Shown: in pieces, positions 54,468 to 63,132 of the stretch | Layout of the letters: each line of letters opens with the position of its first letter | Position numbering within the stretch: position 1 is the stretch's first letter | Notes under the pieces: generated by a model | What the model was told of the DNA's origin: nothing | Seen by the model: only the letters and a program-made list of their open reading frames with translations | Database searches by the model: none | NCBI GenBank assembly: GCA_963821095.1 | Contig: CAWGCJ010000014.1 | Span: 1,410 to 65,409 of the forward strand | DNA: 64,000 nucleotides | Direction: 5' to 3' | DNA from: an uncultured Acidimicrobiia bacterium | GTDB lineage: Bacteria > Actinomycetota > Acidimicrobiia > Spongiisociales > UBA5794 | Translations under genes and position numbers: made by a program

Positions 54468-55328
54468 ATGGATCTCTACGCTCGCGTCAACATTCTCGAA
54501 GGCAAAGCCGTCCGTCTGCCACGGGGCAACGTCAAAGATGAGGTCATCTTTCTCGAGGCCAACCCACTTGAACGAGCCCACGGCTGGGTCTCGAAGGGCG
54601 CCCATCGGCTTCTGATCGTTGATCTCGATGCCGCTGCCCACGGCGACTACCGCAACCGATCGATGATCAACGAAATCATCGCAGCCGTCGACGTGCCCGT
54701 GCAGGTCGGTGGCGGGGTGCGTACGCCCGCCGAGGTCGACGCCTTGCTCAGCGGTGGAGCATGGCGGGTCACGATGGGAACAACCGCGATGGTCGACCAA
54801 GTGTTGTTCTGGGATATCTGCCGGGATCACCCCGGCCGGATTGCGGTGAGCCTCGATGTGCTGCCGGATCAGGAGTTGGCCATCCGGGGATGGACCGAGG
54901 GAAGCGGTAGCTACCTCGAAGAGACACTGATCGAACTGTCGTCGGCCGGCGCCGCCGCCTTCATGCTGTCCGAGGTCGGTCGTGACGCCCTCAACGAACC
55001 ACCGAACTTCGACAATCTGGAACTTGCGTTGACCACGGTCGAGGAGGAAGTCATCGCCGCCGGCGGAGTGAGAGGTGTCGAAGACCTCGAGCTCCTGCGC
55101 GACCTCGAGGTCAACGGCCGCCAGGTGGGTGGTGTTGTTGTCGGCCGTGAGGTCACCGCGGGCAGGTTTACCGTCGAGGAGGCGGTTGCCCTGGTGCGTC
55201 GCAAGCCGGGCCCGCCGAAGGGACCGTGGAGTGCTGAGGAATTGCAGCAGGCGTTGGCAAATTTCCGAGCATCCCATCCCGGACAGGCCGACGTTGAAGT
55301 TTTCCTGGCGTGGCTGAACGGCGAATAG
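54468..55328 (+). CDS. HisA/PriA-like (beta/alpha)8 isomerase paralogue with Asn at the first catalytic Asp position and a ~45-aa C-terminal extension
   Basis: It aligns by eye to HisA along its length (VPVQVGGGVRT, AVSLDV, GRDALN, AAGGVRG, VVVGREVTAGRF). The N-terminal strand reads YARVNILEGKAVRL where HisA has PAIDLxxGxxVRL. Confidence 0.75.
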   Translation: MDLYARVNILEGKAVRLPRGNVKDEVIFLEANPLERAHGWVSKGAHRLLIVDLDAAAHGDYRNRSMINEIIAAVDVPVQVGGGVRTPAEVDALLSGGAWRVTMGTTAMVDQVLFWDICRDHPGRIAVSLDVLPDQELAIRGWTEGSGSYLEETLIELSSAGAAAFMLSEVGRDALNEPPNFDNLELALTTVEEEVIAAGGVRGVEDLELLRDLEVNGRQVGGVVVGREVTAGRFTVEEAVALVRRKPGPPKGPWSAEELQQALANFRASHPGQADVEVFLAWLNGE

Positions 55329-55332
55329 TCGG

Positions 55333-56346
55333 TCAGGTCCCGGCGGTTCCGGCCATGGTGAGCACAGCAGCCCCCGCAGCGTCGCCGGCTTTCAGCCGCG
55401 CCAACGCCAGATTGGCGTCCTCCATCCGATAGGGGTCGGCCACGGTGCGGATCGGAATCCTCGCCGCGAGATCGAGGAACTCCTGGGCGTCGGCTCTGGT
55501 GAAGTTCGCAACGCTGCGCACCGAGCGCTCCCACCACAACATCTCATAGGGAAACTCGGGGATCTGATCGAGGTGGATGGCATTGACTGCCACGGTGCCG
55601 CCGCGATCGAGCGACTTGAGCGCTTCGATGACCACGTAGCTGGCCGGGGCGAAGGTGACCGCAGCATCAAGCGGGACCGGCGGCCGGTCGTGATACGAGC
55701 CGGTCCACACCGCGCCCATGTCGAGGGCGCGCTGCTGCTCGGGCACCGAGCGGGTGGCGACGAAGACCTCGCAGCCCCAATAGATGGCAACCTGGATGGC
55801 CAGCAGCGCCGATGCCCCGAACCCGTACAGACCGAGACGACCACCCGGCTGAATGCCGCTCAATCTGAGGGAGCGATAGCCGATCACCCCGCCACAGAGG
55901 AGTGGAGCGGCCTCGACGTCTCCGAAGCCGGGGGGCACTCGCAAGGCGAAATCGGCCCGAAGTGTCATCTGCGTGGCGTAGCCGCCGTCGCGGTCCCAGC
56001 CGGTGAACTCGGCGGCCTCGCAGAGGTTCTCGGAACCGGCCAGACAGAACCGGCACGTGCCGCAGGTTCCGGCCAGCCAGGCGACACCGACCCGCTCTCC
56101 GACTTGCCAGTCGGTGACTCGGCTGCCGGCGGCGATGATGGTGCCAACGACTTGGTGCCCGGGTACGACCGGAAGTAGTCGGGCTGCCAGATCACCCTCG
56201 ATGAGTTGGAGATCGGTGCGGCACACGCCGCACGCCGCGACTTGGATCGCGAGTTCGTCGGGCGCCGTGTCCAGGTCGGCAGCCTCGAAGGGCTCCAGCG
56301 GTCGACTCTGGATGGGGCCGGGTGTGATCAGGCGACGGCCTCGCAT
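55333..56346 (-). CDS. Zinc-dependent alcohol dehydrogenase (MDR family)
   Basis: ACGVCRTDLQ, the structural-zinc cluster GTCGTCRFCLAGSENLC, and the NAD motif LYGFGASA. Confidence 0.9.
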   Translation of the reverse strand: MRGRRLITPGPIQSRPLEPFEAADLDTAPDELAIQVAACGVCRTDLQLIEGDLAARLLPVVPGHQVVGTIIAAGSRVTDWQVGERVGVAWLAGTCGTCRFCLAGSENLCEAAEFTGWDRDGGYATQMTLRADFALRVPPGFGDVEAAPLLCGGVIGYRSLRLSGIQPGGRLGLYGFGASALLAIQVAIYWGCEVFVATRSVPEQQRALDMGAVWTGSYHDRPPVPLDAAVTFAPASYVVIEALKSLDRGGTVAVNAIHLDQIPEFPYEMLWWERSVRSVANFTRADAQEFLDLAARIPIRTVADPYRMEDANLALARLKAGDAAGAAVLTMAGTAGT

Positions 56347-56801
56347 AGTGACCCTCCCTGCCTTGACGTCATTGCGGCTGTTGTGTGCACCCCATCAGTC
56401 TGCCTGATGGCGCTCGACCCTTCCAGCGGTCTGAGGTCACGACGTGGGGCGGTTTTGGGGGACCTTCGGCCCTGTCGGACGACCCGGTCGATCGTCACGA
56501 TGATTGAGGGGATCAGGGGGCCCGGCGACAAGCCGAGGGTGAATGAGGAGGGACCGCGGGCGACCGGAGCACGGTCGTTCCCGATCTCGAACATGAGGGC
56601 GGCTGGCCCGCCGTCGGACGTCGGGCCCGCAGTCTCCGTGCTGACGTTGCGAAGCCGGGATCACGATCCCGGCGGGGCGGAGAACGGCGACCGGGCAGGG
56701 TATGGCCCGGCCAGGTCGCCCGGCGGCAGCATGGGCAAGCGGGCCCGGCGTTTCGGATCGCACGATTCGCGGCGGAATCGTCCTACCAGAGGGAGGTTGC
56801 C

Positions 56802-57230
56802 GTGACTGAGCAACGCGAGCGGTACTACCGAGTCTTGTTCCTGGTGGCCGCGGTGTACGACATCGTGCTCGGCACCATCTTCACCTTCTTCCATCCGTGG
56901 GCCTTCGAGGTGCTCGACATCGCCGATCAGGACCCGGGATCCGGCTATGTGCCGCTGATCGGTGCGTTCCTGTTCGTCATCGGCGTCGCCTACTTCCTGA
57001 TCTATCGGGGTGATCTGGTCCGCAATGTCGACCTCATTGCCGTTGGCACGCTGTACAAACTCGCCTACTCGGCAGTTGCCTTCTGGTTCTGGATCGTCAT
57101 CGACGACGTCCCCCACATTCTGTTCCCCGCCCTTTTTGGCGTTGTCGACCTCGTGATGTTCGGCGCCATGTTCCAGTGTTGGCTGACGGTGCGCCGGCTC
57201 TCCGCAGGCAGGAGCGCTCCCGCCCACTGA
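56802..57230 (+). CDS. Hypothetical membrane protein (4 TM)
   Basis: The GTG start follows GAGGGAGG. Four hydrophobic helices. No family recognised. Confidence 0.6.
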   Translation: MTEQRERYYRVLFLVAAVYDIVLGTIFTFFHPWAFEVLDIADQDPGSGYVPLIGAFLFVIGVAYFLIYRGDLVRNVDLIAVGTLYKLAYSAVAFWFWIVIDDVPHILFPALFGVVDLVMFGAMFQCWLTVRRLSAGRSAPAH

Positions 57231-57240
57231 AACGGGCGGC

Positions 57241-57750
57241 TCAGTCGAGCAGTCCCACGAAGACGAGGGCGGCGCCGGCGCCAACCAGCCCGGCATGCAC
57301 GGTCACGAGCAGCCAGCGTCCCGGCGAGAAGGGAGCGGTGAAGGCGCTCGGCACCGGTACCCAGCGATACCAGAACCAACCGCCGAGGCTCGCTCCTAGC
57401 AGGATCCCGGCGGTGAGCAGCGGCCAGCCAACCCGACCTGCGCCCGACGAAGGCAGCGCAGTGAGACAAATCCCGGTGAGGCCGATGGTGACCAACCCGG
57501 CAGGGACCACGAGGAGGTAGCGGGTCTTCGGTCGGATCAGGCTGACGGCCAACAGCGTGGGCATCGCCAACCATCCGGCGAAGAGTGTGATGAGGATCCA
57601 ACCGGCCACCCCATCGGTGGTGGTCGCCAGGACCCAGATGACACCGAGGGCCAGCGCGCTGATCATCACCAGTCGTGCCACCCGAGCCGTGAATCGTGGG
57701 TCGGAGCTCAGTTCGACAGGGCGTTGTTGGCCTGCGGTTTGGCCCGCCAT
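57241..57750 (-). CDS. Hypothetical membrane protein (about 5 TM), translationally coupled to the radical SAM gene
   Basis: The ATG at 57750 shares one nucleotide with the upstream TGA (TGATG). The protein is hydrophobic throughout. Confidence 0.6.
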   Translation of the reverse strand: MAGQTAGQQRPVELSSDPRFTARVARLVMISALALGVIWVLATTTDGVAGWILITLFAGWLAMPTLLAVSLIRPKTRYLLVVPAGLVTIGLTGICLTALPSSGAGRVGWPLLTAGILLGASLGGWFWYRWVPVPSAFTAPFSPGRWLLVTVHAGLVGAGAALVFVGLLD

Positions 57751-59085
57751 CACGATCCTCCGAGGGTGGCGGGCCGGCGGGCCCGCATCCCCTCCCGCCA
57801 TTGCTGCTTGAATCCTGCGCGCCGCCGCTGGGTTGCCTCAGCCGAATAGAGGCGGCGCCCGAGGTCGACGAGACCAGCTTCGAGTTGTGGCACCGTCATC
57901 AGTCGGGGGCGCAGGTTGACGTCGAACAACGTGCAGAGCTCCCACGCGCCATCCCGCAGGATCCGCCCGGCGTCTCTCAACCGCTTGTACAACGGCGTGC
58001 CGGGGAATGGGGTGAGGACCGTGATCTGCACGTCGAACGGGCTGGCTTCGGCAACGAACTGATCGATGGCGTCGAACACCTCGGGTCCGTCGCCGTCGAG
58101 CCCGAGCACGAAGCAGGCGTTCACCGCGATGCCAAATGACTGGATGGTTTCGATGACAGCCCGGTGTCCGGCGAGTTGGTCACGCTTCCAGTTGCGCTTG
58201 AGCTCGATGCCGTCGAGGCCTCCACCGTTGGGGCTCTCAAAACCAATCAGGACCTCGGCGCACCCGGCGTCCTTCATCATGCGCAGCAGCTCGGGGTCGT
58301 TCGCTACCGACACATCGGTCTCGGTGAACCAGCGCACTCCTTCTCCGCCGATTGCCTCCATGAGATCGCGCCCATGGTGCTTGTTGACGAACGTGTTGTC
58401 GTCGGCGAACTCGACGAAGGCGTGGTGCCACACGTCGTTGATTGCCCGAATCTCCGCCGCGACCCGGTGGGGCGGCTTCACCTTGTAGCGAGGAGTCAGC
58501 AAGATCGAACTCGCGCAGAACTCGCATTGCCAGGGACAGCCGCGCTGGGTTTGCACGGTGAGTCGGTTGTAGCGAATCGGGTTCGAGGAGATCGAACCGC
58601 GGGATGGGTGCGTCTGCCAGATCGAAGTCGCCGTTGGATGAGTACAGCGGCCGTAGATGGCCGGCCGCGGCGTCTGCGACGAGTTGCGGCCACACGGGCT
58701 CGGCTTCGCCGACCACCACCGTGTCGCAGTGGAGCAGCGCCTCGTGGGGGAGCGAAGTCACGTGGAGCCCGCCGATGACGGTGGGGACCCCTGCGGCGCG
58801 GTACCGCTCCGACAGTCGGTACGCGTCCTTGACCTGAGCCGAGAACGTCGAAAACGCGGCGAGGTCACAGGGAGGGAGTTCGTCGACCGCAGCGACATCC
58901 TCAACCTCGTAGTAGTCGACCTCGTGCTGGTCGGGAGTGAGAGCAGCAACGGTCAGCAATCCCAGACTCGGCAATGCGGCAACGACCCTGCCGCGCTCGA
59001 CAAATCCGGGCAAGGTCAATCCCAGCGCGGTGAGTTCCGGATTGTGGGCCCGCACGCCGCTCATGGCAATCAAGGCGATGCGCAT
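57750..59085 (-). pseudogene. B12-binding-domain (class B) radical SAM enzyme, interrupted by a single frameshift near 58575
   Basis: The N-terminal cobalamin-binding-type domain (MRIALIAMSG...PTVIGGLHVT...FDLLEPD) is in one frame (track ORF 58237..59121). The CxxxCxxC core RGCPWQCEFC and the rest of the barrel are in another (track ORF 57750..58556). The ATG at 59085 follows GGAGG. Confidence 0.65.
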
Positions 59086-59328
59086 GGCGCCTCCTTCCGG
59101 AGGCCACCGTCGTGGTGGCACCGGCAGTGCCCTCCAACCCCACGCCTATCAGATCAGCGGCAGGATGGAAGAGGGTATACCGACCATATCTCCCGACCGA
59201 GGGTCCCTTCGGCGCCGCGCCCGAGAGGTTCGGAAGGGGGAGAGTCGGTGATTCGGGTCACTTGACCCGAGCGCGCCACGGCGAGGGCGAGGTGTTCTTC
59301 CACCGTGAACCCCCCTGCCGAGCGGCTC

Positions 59329-59535
59329 CTACCAGTCTCCGTAGTCCTCGACCTTGGCGCCGTAGTTGAGTCGACGAATGCGCGCCTCGACCTCCTGGGC
59401 TTCTGACTCATCGAAGTCATAGCCGGAGAGACCACGCAGTCGCGATCGTGTGTTCAATTCGTACTCGGAATCGGTGTCCGAAACATGGTGTTCCGAAACG
59501 ACGTCTTCCCGCCTACGTGTACGTCGCCACAACAT
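59329..59535 (-). CDS. Small hypothetical protein (68 aa from ATG 59535; 87 aa from TTG 59592)
   Basis: The ORF lies in a local low-GC patch. No SD and no family recognised. Its coding status is uncertain. Confidence 0.35.
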   Translation of the reverse strand: MLWRRTRRREDVVSEHHVSDTDSEYELNTRSRLRGLSGYDFDESEAQEVEARIRRLNYGAKVEDYGDW

Positions 59536-59689
59536 GACGTGATTATCGGCAGAAGAGCCGCAGAATTTGAGTACCACTTTTACCGTTTTCAAACGGGTGT
59601 CTAGTCCGGAGTCGAACGGCGCCGATCGGGATTGCCCGCGGGGGCCCTCTCGTCTCCAGGATTCTGTCGCACCCCGCTGACAGGATGGC

Positions 59690-60973
59690 GTGATGGACGA
59701 TCGGTTCCCCGCCCCAATCCTGCATGTTGATCTCGACGCCTTCTACGCGTCCGTTGAACAGATGCGTCGGCCGGAATTGCGGGGAAAACCGATCGCGGTG
59801 GGGGGCGGTGTCGTGCTGGCGGCGAGCTACGAGGCCAGGAAGTTTGGGGTTCGCTCGGCGATGCCGCTCGGGGAGGCGCGCCGCCGTTGTCCTCGTCTCA
59901 TCGTGGTCGACGGCAGCTTCGGGGACTACGTCGGACTTTCCGACCGCGTCTTCGACATCTGCCGGTCGTACACCCCGCTGGTGGAGCAGATCTCGATCGA
60001 CGAGGCCTTCCTCGATGTGAGTGGCGCGATTCACCTGTTCGGTGACCCCGCCACCATTGCCGCGAGGATCCGCCACGACGTGCAGAGCCAACTCGGGCTG
60101 GCGATTTCGGCGGGGGTGGCGCGGACCAAGTTCCTCGCCAAGATCGGGAGTCGAGTGGCTAAACCGGACGGTCTCTTGGTGATCGACCCCGCCACGGAAC
60201 TCGAGTTCCTCCACGCCCTGCCGGTTGAGCTCATCTGGGGGGTCGGCCCCGTCACAGCCGCAAGACTCGCCGACCTCGGCATATCCACGGTTGGCGAACT
60301 CGCCCATACCTCCGAGGCAAGCCTGTCGGCCCGGCTCGGCCGTGGTGCCGGTCGTCACCTGCATGCCCTGGCGTGGAACCGGGATCCCCGACCGGTCGTA
60401 ACCAAGCGACGCGCCGGTTCAGTCGGGGCGCAGAGCGCGTTTGGGCGTGACGTCCGGGACCCCGCGGTGCATCGTCGCGTACTGGCGAGGCTCGCCGATC
60501 GGGTCGGCGCCCGGCTGCGCAAGAAACAGCGAGCCGGGCGGACCATCACCCTGCGGGTGCGCTTCTCCGACCTCCGGGCCATCACCAGGGCGACAACGCT
60601 TGGGGCCGCGACCGCATCGACGGAGGCGCTGTACCGGGTCGGCGTCCACCTGGCCGAGACGGAGATCCCGCCGGCCGCGGCGGGTCGCGGCGTGGGCCTG
60701 CTCGGCCTCCGGGTGTCGAACCTGGTCCGGTCTCCTCATCTCCAACTCGAACTGCCGTTGGTGGACCCCCATCTCGATCGGGCCGACCGGTCGGGGACCG
60801 AAAGAGCGTTGGCTTCGGCTCGGCTCGATCACGCCATCGACGGCCTGCGGAGTCGTTTCGGAAAGGAGGCGGTGGGGAGGGCTTCTACGCTGCTCGACCC
60901 GAGGCGGCCCGTATCCCCGATCGAGTTCGGTGACCTGGCCATTCCGGTCGAGGAACGCCACGACGACGAGTGA
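59690..60973 (+). CDS. dinB: DNA polymerase IV (Y-family)
   Basis: ILHVDLDAFYASVEQ, SIDEAFLDV, and the little-finger region. Confidence 0.9.
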   Translation: MMDDRFPAPILHVDLDAFYASVEQMRRPELRGKPIAVGGGVVLAASYEARKFGVRSAMPLGEARRRCPRLIVVDGSFGDYVGLSDRVFDICRSYTPLVEQISIDEAFLDVSGAIHLFGDPATIAARIRHDVQSQLGLAISAGVARTKFLAKIGSRVAKPDGLLVIDPATELEFLHALPVELIWGVGPVTAARLADLGISTVGELAHTSEASLSARLGRGAGRHLHALAWNRDPRPVVTKRRAGSVGAQSAFGRDVRDPAVHRRVLARLADRVGARLRKKQRAGRTITLRVRFSDLRAITRATTLGAATASTEALYRVGVHLAETEIPPAAAGRGVGLLGLRVSNLVRSPHLQLELPLVDPHLDRADRSGTERALASARLDHAIDGLRSRFGKEAVGRASTLLDPRRPVSPIEFGDLAIPVEERHDDE

Positions 60974-60986
60974 GGCGGGGAGGGTG

Positions 60987-61652
60987 CTACGGCACGATCT
61001 GCAGGATCCGGCCGTCGGCGAACAGCGGAGGCACGACCAGACCCATCCGCGCCCACAGTGCCGAGGGAAGGCCCAAATCGGCCAAGTAGAGCGGGGCGAA
61101 GGTGTGCAGCCCTTCCTTGGGAAGGGCAAGGGTGAGGGTGGCATCGGCGTCGACCCCTCCGGGGAAACCGTGACCGGAGGGGAAGTCCAATGAGACCGTG
61201 AACCGACCGTGGCTCCATGTAGCAAGTTCGCCGACGCGGCCGCGTAGGTCACCCTGCAGGCCGTAACCAACGAGGGCATCGACCACGATGGGCCGGTCCG
61301 CAGGTTGGCGGTCGGGCGGGATCCCCATCTCGGCCAGCGTGTGGAGATGGTGCATGACGGCAGGAGCGGGCCGGTCGCTTCCGAGCACGATTGCAACGTC
61401 GCGTCCCCGATTGGCCAGATGCCGGGCGGCGGCGAGTCCGCCCCCGCCGTTGTTGCCGCCGCCGGCCATGACAGTGATGGCGCCGTCGGGGGCAAGACGG
61501 TGGGTTAGCTCGGCCAGGCTCGATCCGGCGTGCTCCATCATCTGGAGCAATTCGATCCCGAACTCATCGATAGCGAGACGGTCGGCCTCGACCATCTGTT
61601 CCACCGTGAGCCAGGGAATGCTCGTCGCCGAGAGCGTCGGAAAGGTGGCCAT
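60987..61652 (-). CDS. NAD(P)H-hydrate epimerase (YjeF N-terminal domain) family protein
   Basis: MEHAGSSLAE ... VMAGGGNNGGGGLAAARHL ... VDALVGYGL. I prefer the ATG at 61652; the upstream part of the track ORF is poly-Val/Arg junk. Confidence 0.8.
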   Translation of the reverse strand: MATFPTLSATSIPWLTVEQMVEADRLAIDEFGIELLQMMEHAGSSLAELTHRLAPDGAITVMAGGGNNGGGGLAAARHLANRGRDVAIVLGSDRPAPAVMHHLHTLAEMGIPPDRQPADRPIVVDALVGYGLQGDLRGRVGELATWSHGRFTVSLDFPSGHGFPGGVDADATLTLALPKEGLHTFAPLYLADLGLPSALWARMGLVVPPLFADGRILQIVP

Positions 61653-61725
61653 GGGCCAACCGTACCAGCGATCTTGACGCAATCTGGTGGGGCAATTCCG
61701 GGGTACCGATATACTCCGCGCCGTC

Positions 61726-63093
61726 ATGCGACGCCTCCTACTCCTCCTTGTTCTCGCCCTCGTCGCGGCTGCGTGTACTCCCGGTGACACGGTCGAAACG
61801 ACCATCGCGACCACGAACGGGAGCACGACGACCACGCCGATCACGCCGACCACGCCGACCACGACGACCACGACCCCGCTGGGTACGTCTCACGATGCTG
61901 GCAACGGCAAGCAGTCACCTGAGGAGCGAGCGAGAGATCTTGCGTACATGGAATCACTGTCGGCTCCAGCGCTAGGTAGCGGGCTGCCGGTGATTTCGCG
62001 ATCGTTCGACATCGAGGTAGGTGACTTGAACGGTGATGGACGCGACGACATCATTCTTGCCACCCACCAGAACCGCAAGGTGTCGGGCGACAGCTGGGAC
62101 GGGTTCTGGGTCTGGACGCCCGAAGGGTATGAGCTCATCTTCCTGCTGCCGACGCTGAATGACCGGCACGGCTGCACCACCGGCGACGTCAACGGGGACG
62201 GAGCAACGGACGTCTACTGCCAACTCGGCGGTTTCAAGGGCTCTGGGATCCTGAAGTCGAACGAGCTCTGGATCCAAACGGCACCGGGCACCTTCGAAAA
62301 TCAAGCGGTGGCCTGGGGTGTTGATGATCCCTCTGGGCGCGGTCGATGGCCGATCATGTTTGACTACGACAACGACGGCTTGATCGATCTGTACGTCACC
62401 AACGACGGCAATCGTACAGATGGTCTGCGCAGCGAGAACCTGCTGTTTCGCAATCTCGGCGACAGGTTCGAGGAGGTAGTGACCGGCGCGACCGGAGATC
62501 TGGGTTCGCGTTGTCTCAATGCCGTCGACTTCACCGGAGATGGTTGGTCCGATCTTGTGCTGTGTGACGAATCGGGGACAATCAAGTTCCTCGAGAACGT
62601 GGAAGGCACCGACTTCCGCGACGTGAGCACGACGATGTACGAGGGCCGCAGGGGCTGGAAGGACGCAGCCTTCGACGACCTCGACCAAGACGGTGATATC
62701 GACATGGTGCTGGTCGGCCCCCAGGTTGTCCAGATTCGCCTCAACAAGGGCGCCGACAAGTGGTTCAAGAAGAGTTCGTGGAAGGCCACACTTGGTGACC
62801 GTGGCTGGGGGGTGGCGATAGGAGACTTCTACGGCGATGACAACCTGGATGTCTATGTTCTCCAGCAGGGCACCAATTGCACCGAGATTGCAGCAACTCA
62901 GGTGAACGGGGCGGACATTCTCTTCGTGGGGCCGGATTGGACGAGGCGCCAGTTGTGGGCCCACGAGCTTGGATGCGGCGATGAGGCGCTGACTCTCGAC
63001 GAGAAGTTGGTCCTCGTGAGCAACGGGGCGGATCTGAGCCGCGGACCACTCAACATCCGCGACCTACGCACCGAGCCGCCGCCGGTTGGGTGA
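61726..63093 (+). CDS. FG-GAP/VCBS-repeat (CRTAC1/ASPIC-like beta-propeller) lipoprotein
   Basis: Lipobox LVAAAC and a poly-Thr/Pro linker. At least six D-x-[ND]-x-D-G-x-x-D repeats (e.g. GDLNGDGRDDIIL, GDVNGDGATDVY, DYDNDGLIDLYV, DFTGDGWSDLVL, DLDQDGDIDMVL). Confidence 0.85.
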   Translation: MRRLLLLLVLALVAAACTPGDTVETTIATTNGSTTTTPITPTTPTTTTTTPLGTSHDAGNGKQSPEERARDLAYMESLSAPALGSGLPVISRSFDIEVGDLNGDGRDDIILATHQNRKVSGDSWDGFWVWTPEGYELIFLLPTLNDRHGCTTGDVNGDGATDVYCQLGGFKGSGILKSNELWIQTAPGTFENQAVAWGVDDPSGRGRWPIMFDYDNDGLIDLYVTNDGNRTDGLRSENLLFRNLGDRFEEVVTGATGDLGSRCLNAVDFTGDGWSDLVLCDESGTIKFLENVEGTDFRDVSTTMYEGRRGWKDAAFDDLDQDGDIDMVLVGPQVVQIRLNKGADKWFKKSSWKATLGDRGWGVAIGDFYGDDNLDVYVLQQGTNCTEIAATQVNGADILFVGPDWTRRQLWAHELGCGDEALTLDEKLVLVSNGADLSRGPLNIRDLRTEPPPVG

Positions 63094-63132
63094 GCCTCTT
63101 CCCTGCAAACACCGATCGGAGGAAGCTGCAGC

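Noticed and set aside
56640-56675. Guanidine-II (mini-ykkC)-like hairpin CCGGGATCACGATCCCGG with an ACGA-containing loop
   Set aside because: The ACGR tetraloop would not be closed by the conserved C-G pair, because the best fold puts CACG in the loop. A properly spaced second hairpin is also absent.
56206-56805. 199-aa plus-strand ORF ending in a GTGA overlap with the 56802 membrane-protein gene
   Set aside because: Its first third is antisense to the adh gene. The remainder is Arg/Gly/Pro-rich with many AGG/CGG codons and no SD. The GTGA overlap is probably fortuitous. It is kept only as part of the finding on the long gap.
59086-59328. Possible riboswitch (TPP-like CTGATCTGATAGGCG / GGGAGA fragments, or cobalamin-like) in the 243-nt leader of the B12 radical SAM gene
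   Set aside because: Only short fragments resemble the TPP core. The invariant CUGAGA and the pyrimidine-sensor helix could not be built, and no B12-box (GCCACTG / AGYCMGG) was found. It would need cmscan, so it is not claimed.
59593-59689. LexA/SOS box upstream of dinB
   Set aside because: Only one half-site-like TCGAAC (about 59621) is present. The expected actinobacterial TCGAAC-N4-GTTCGA palindrome is not there.
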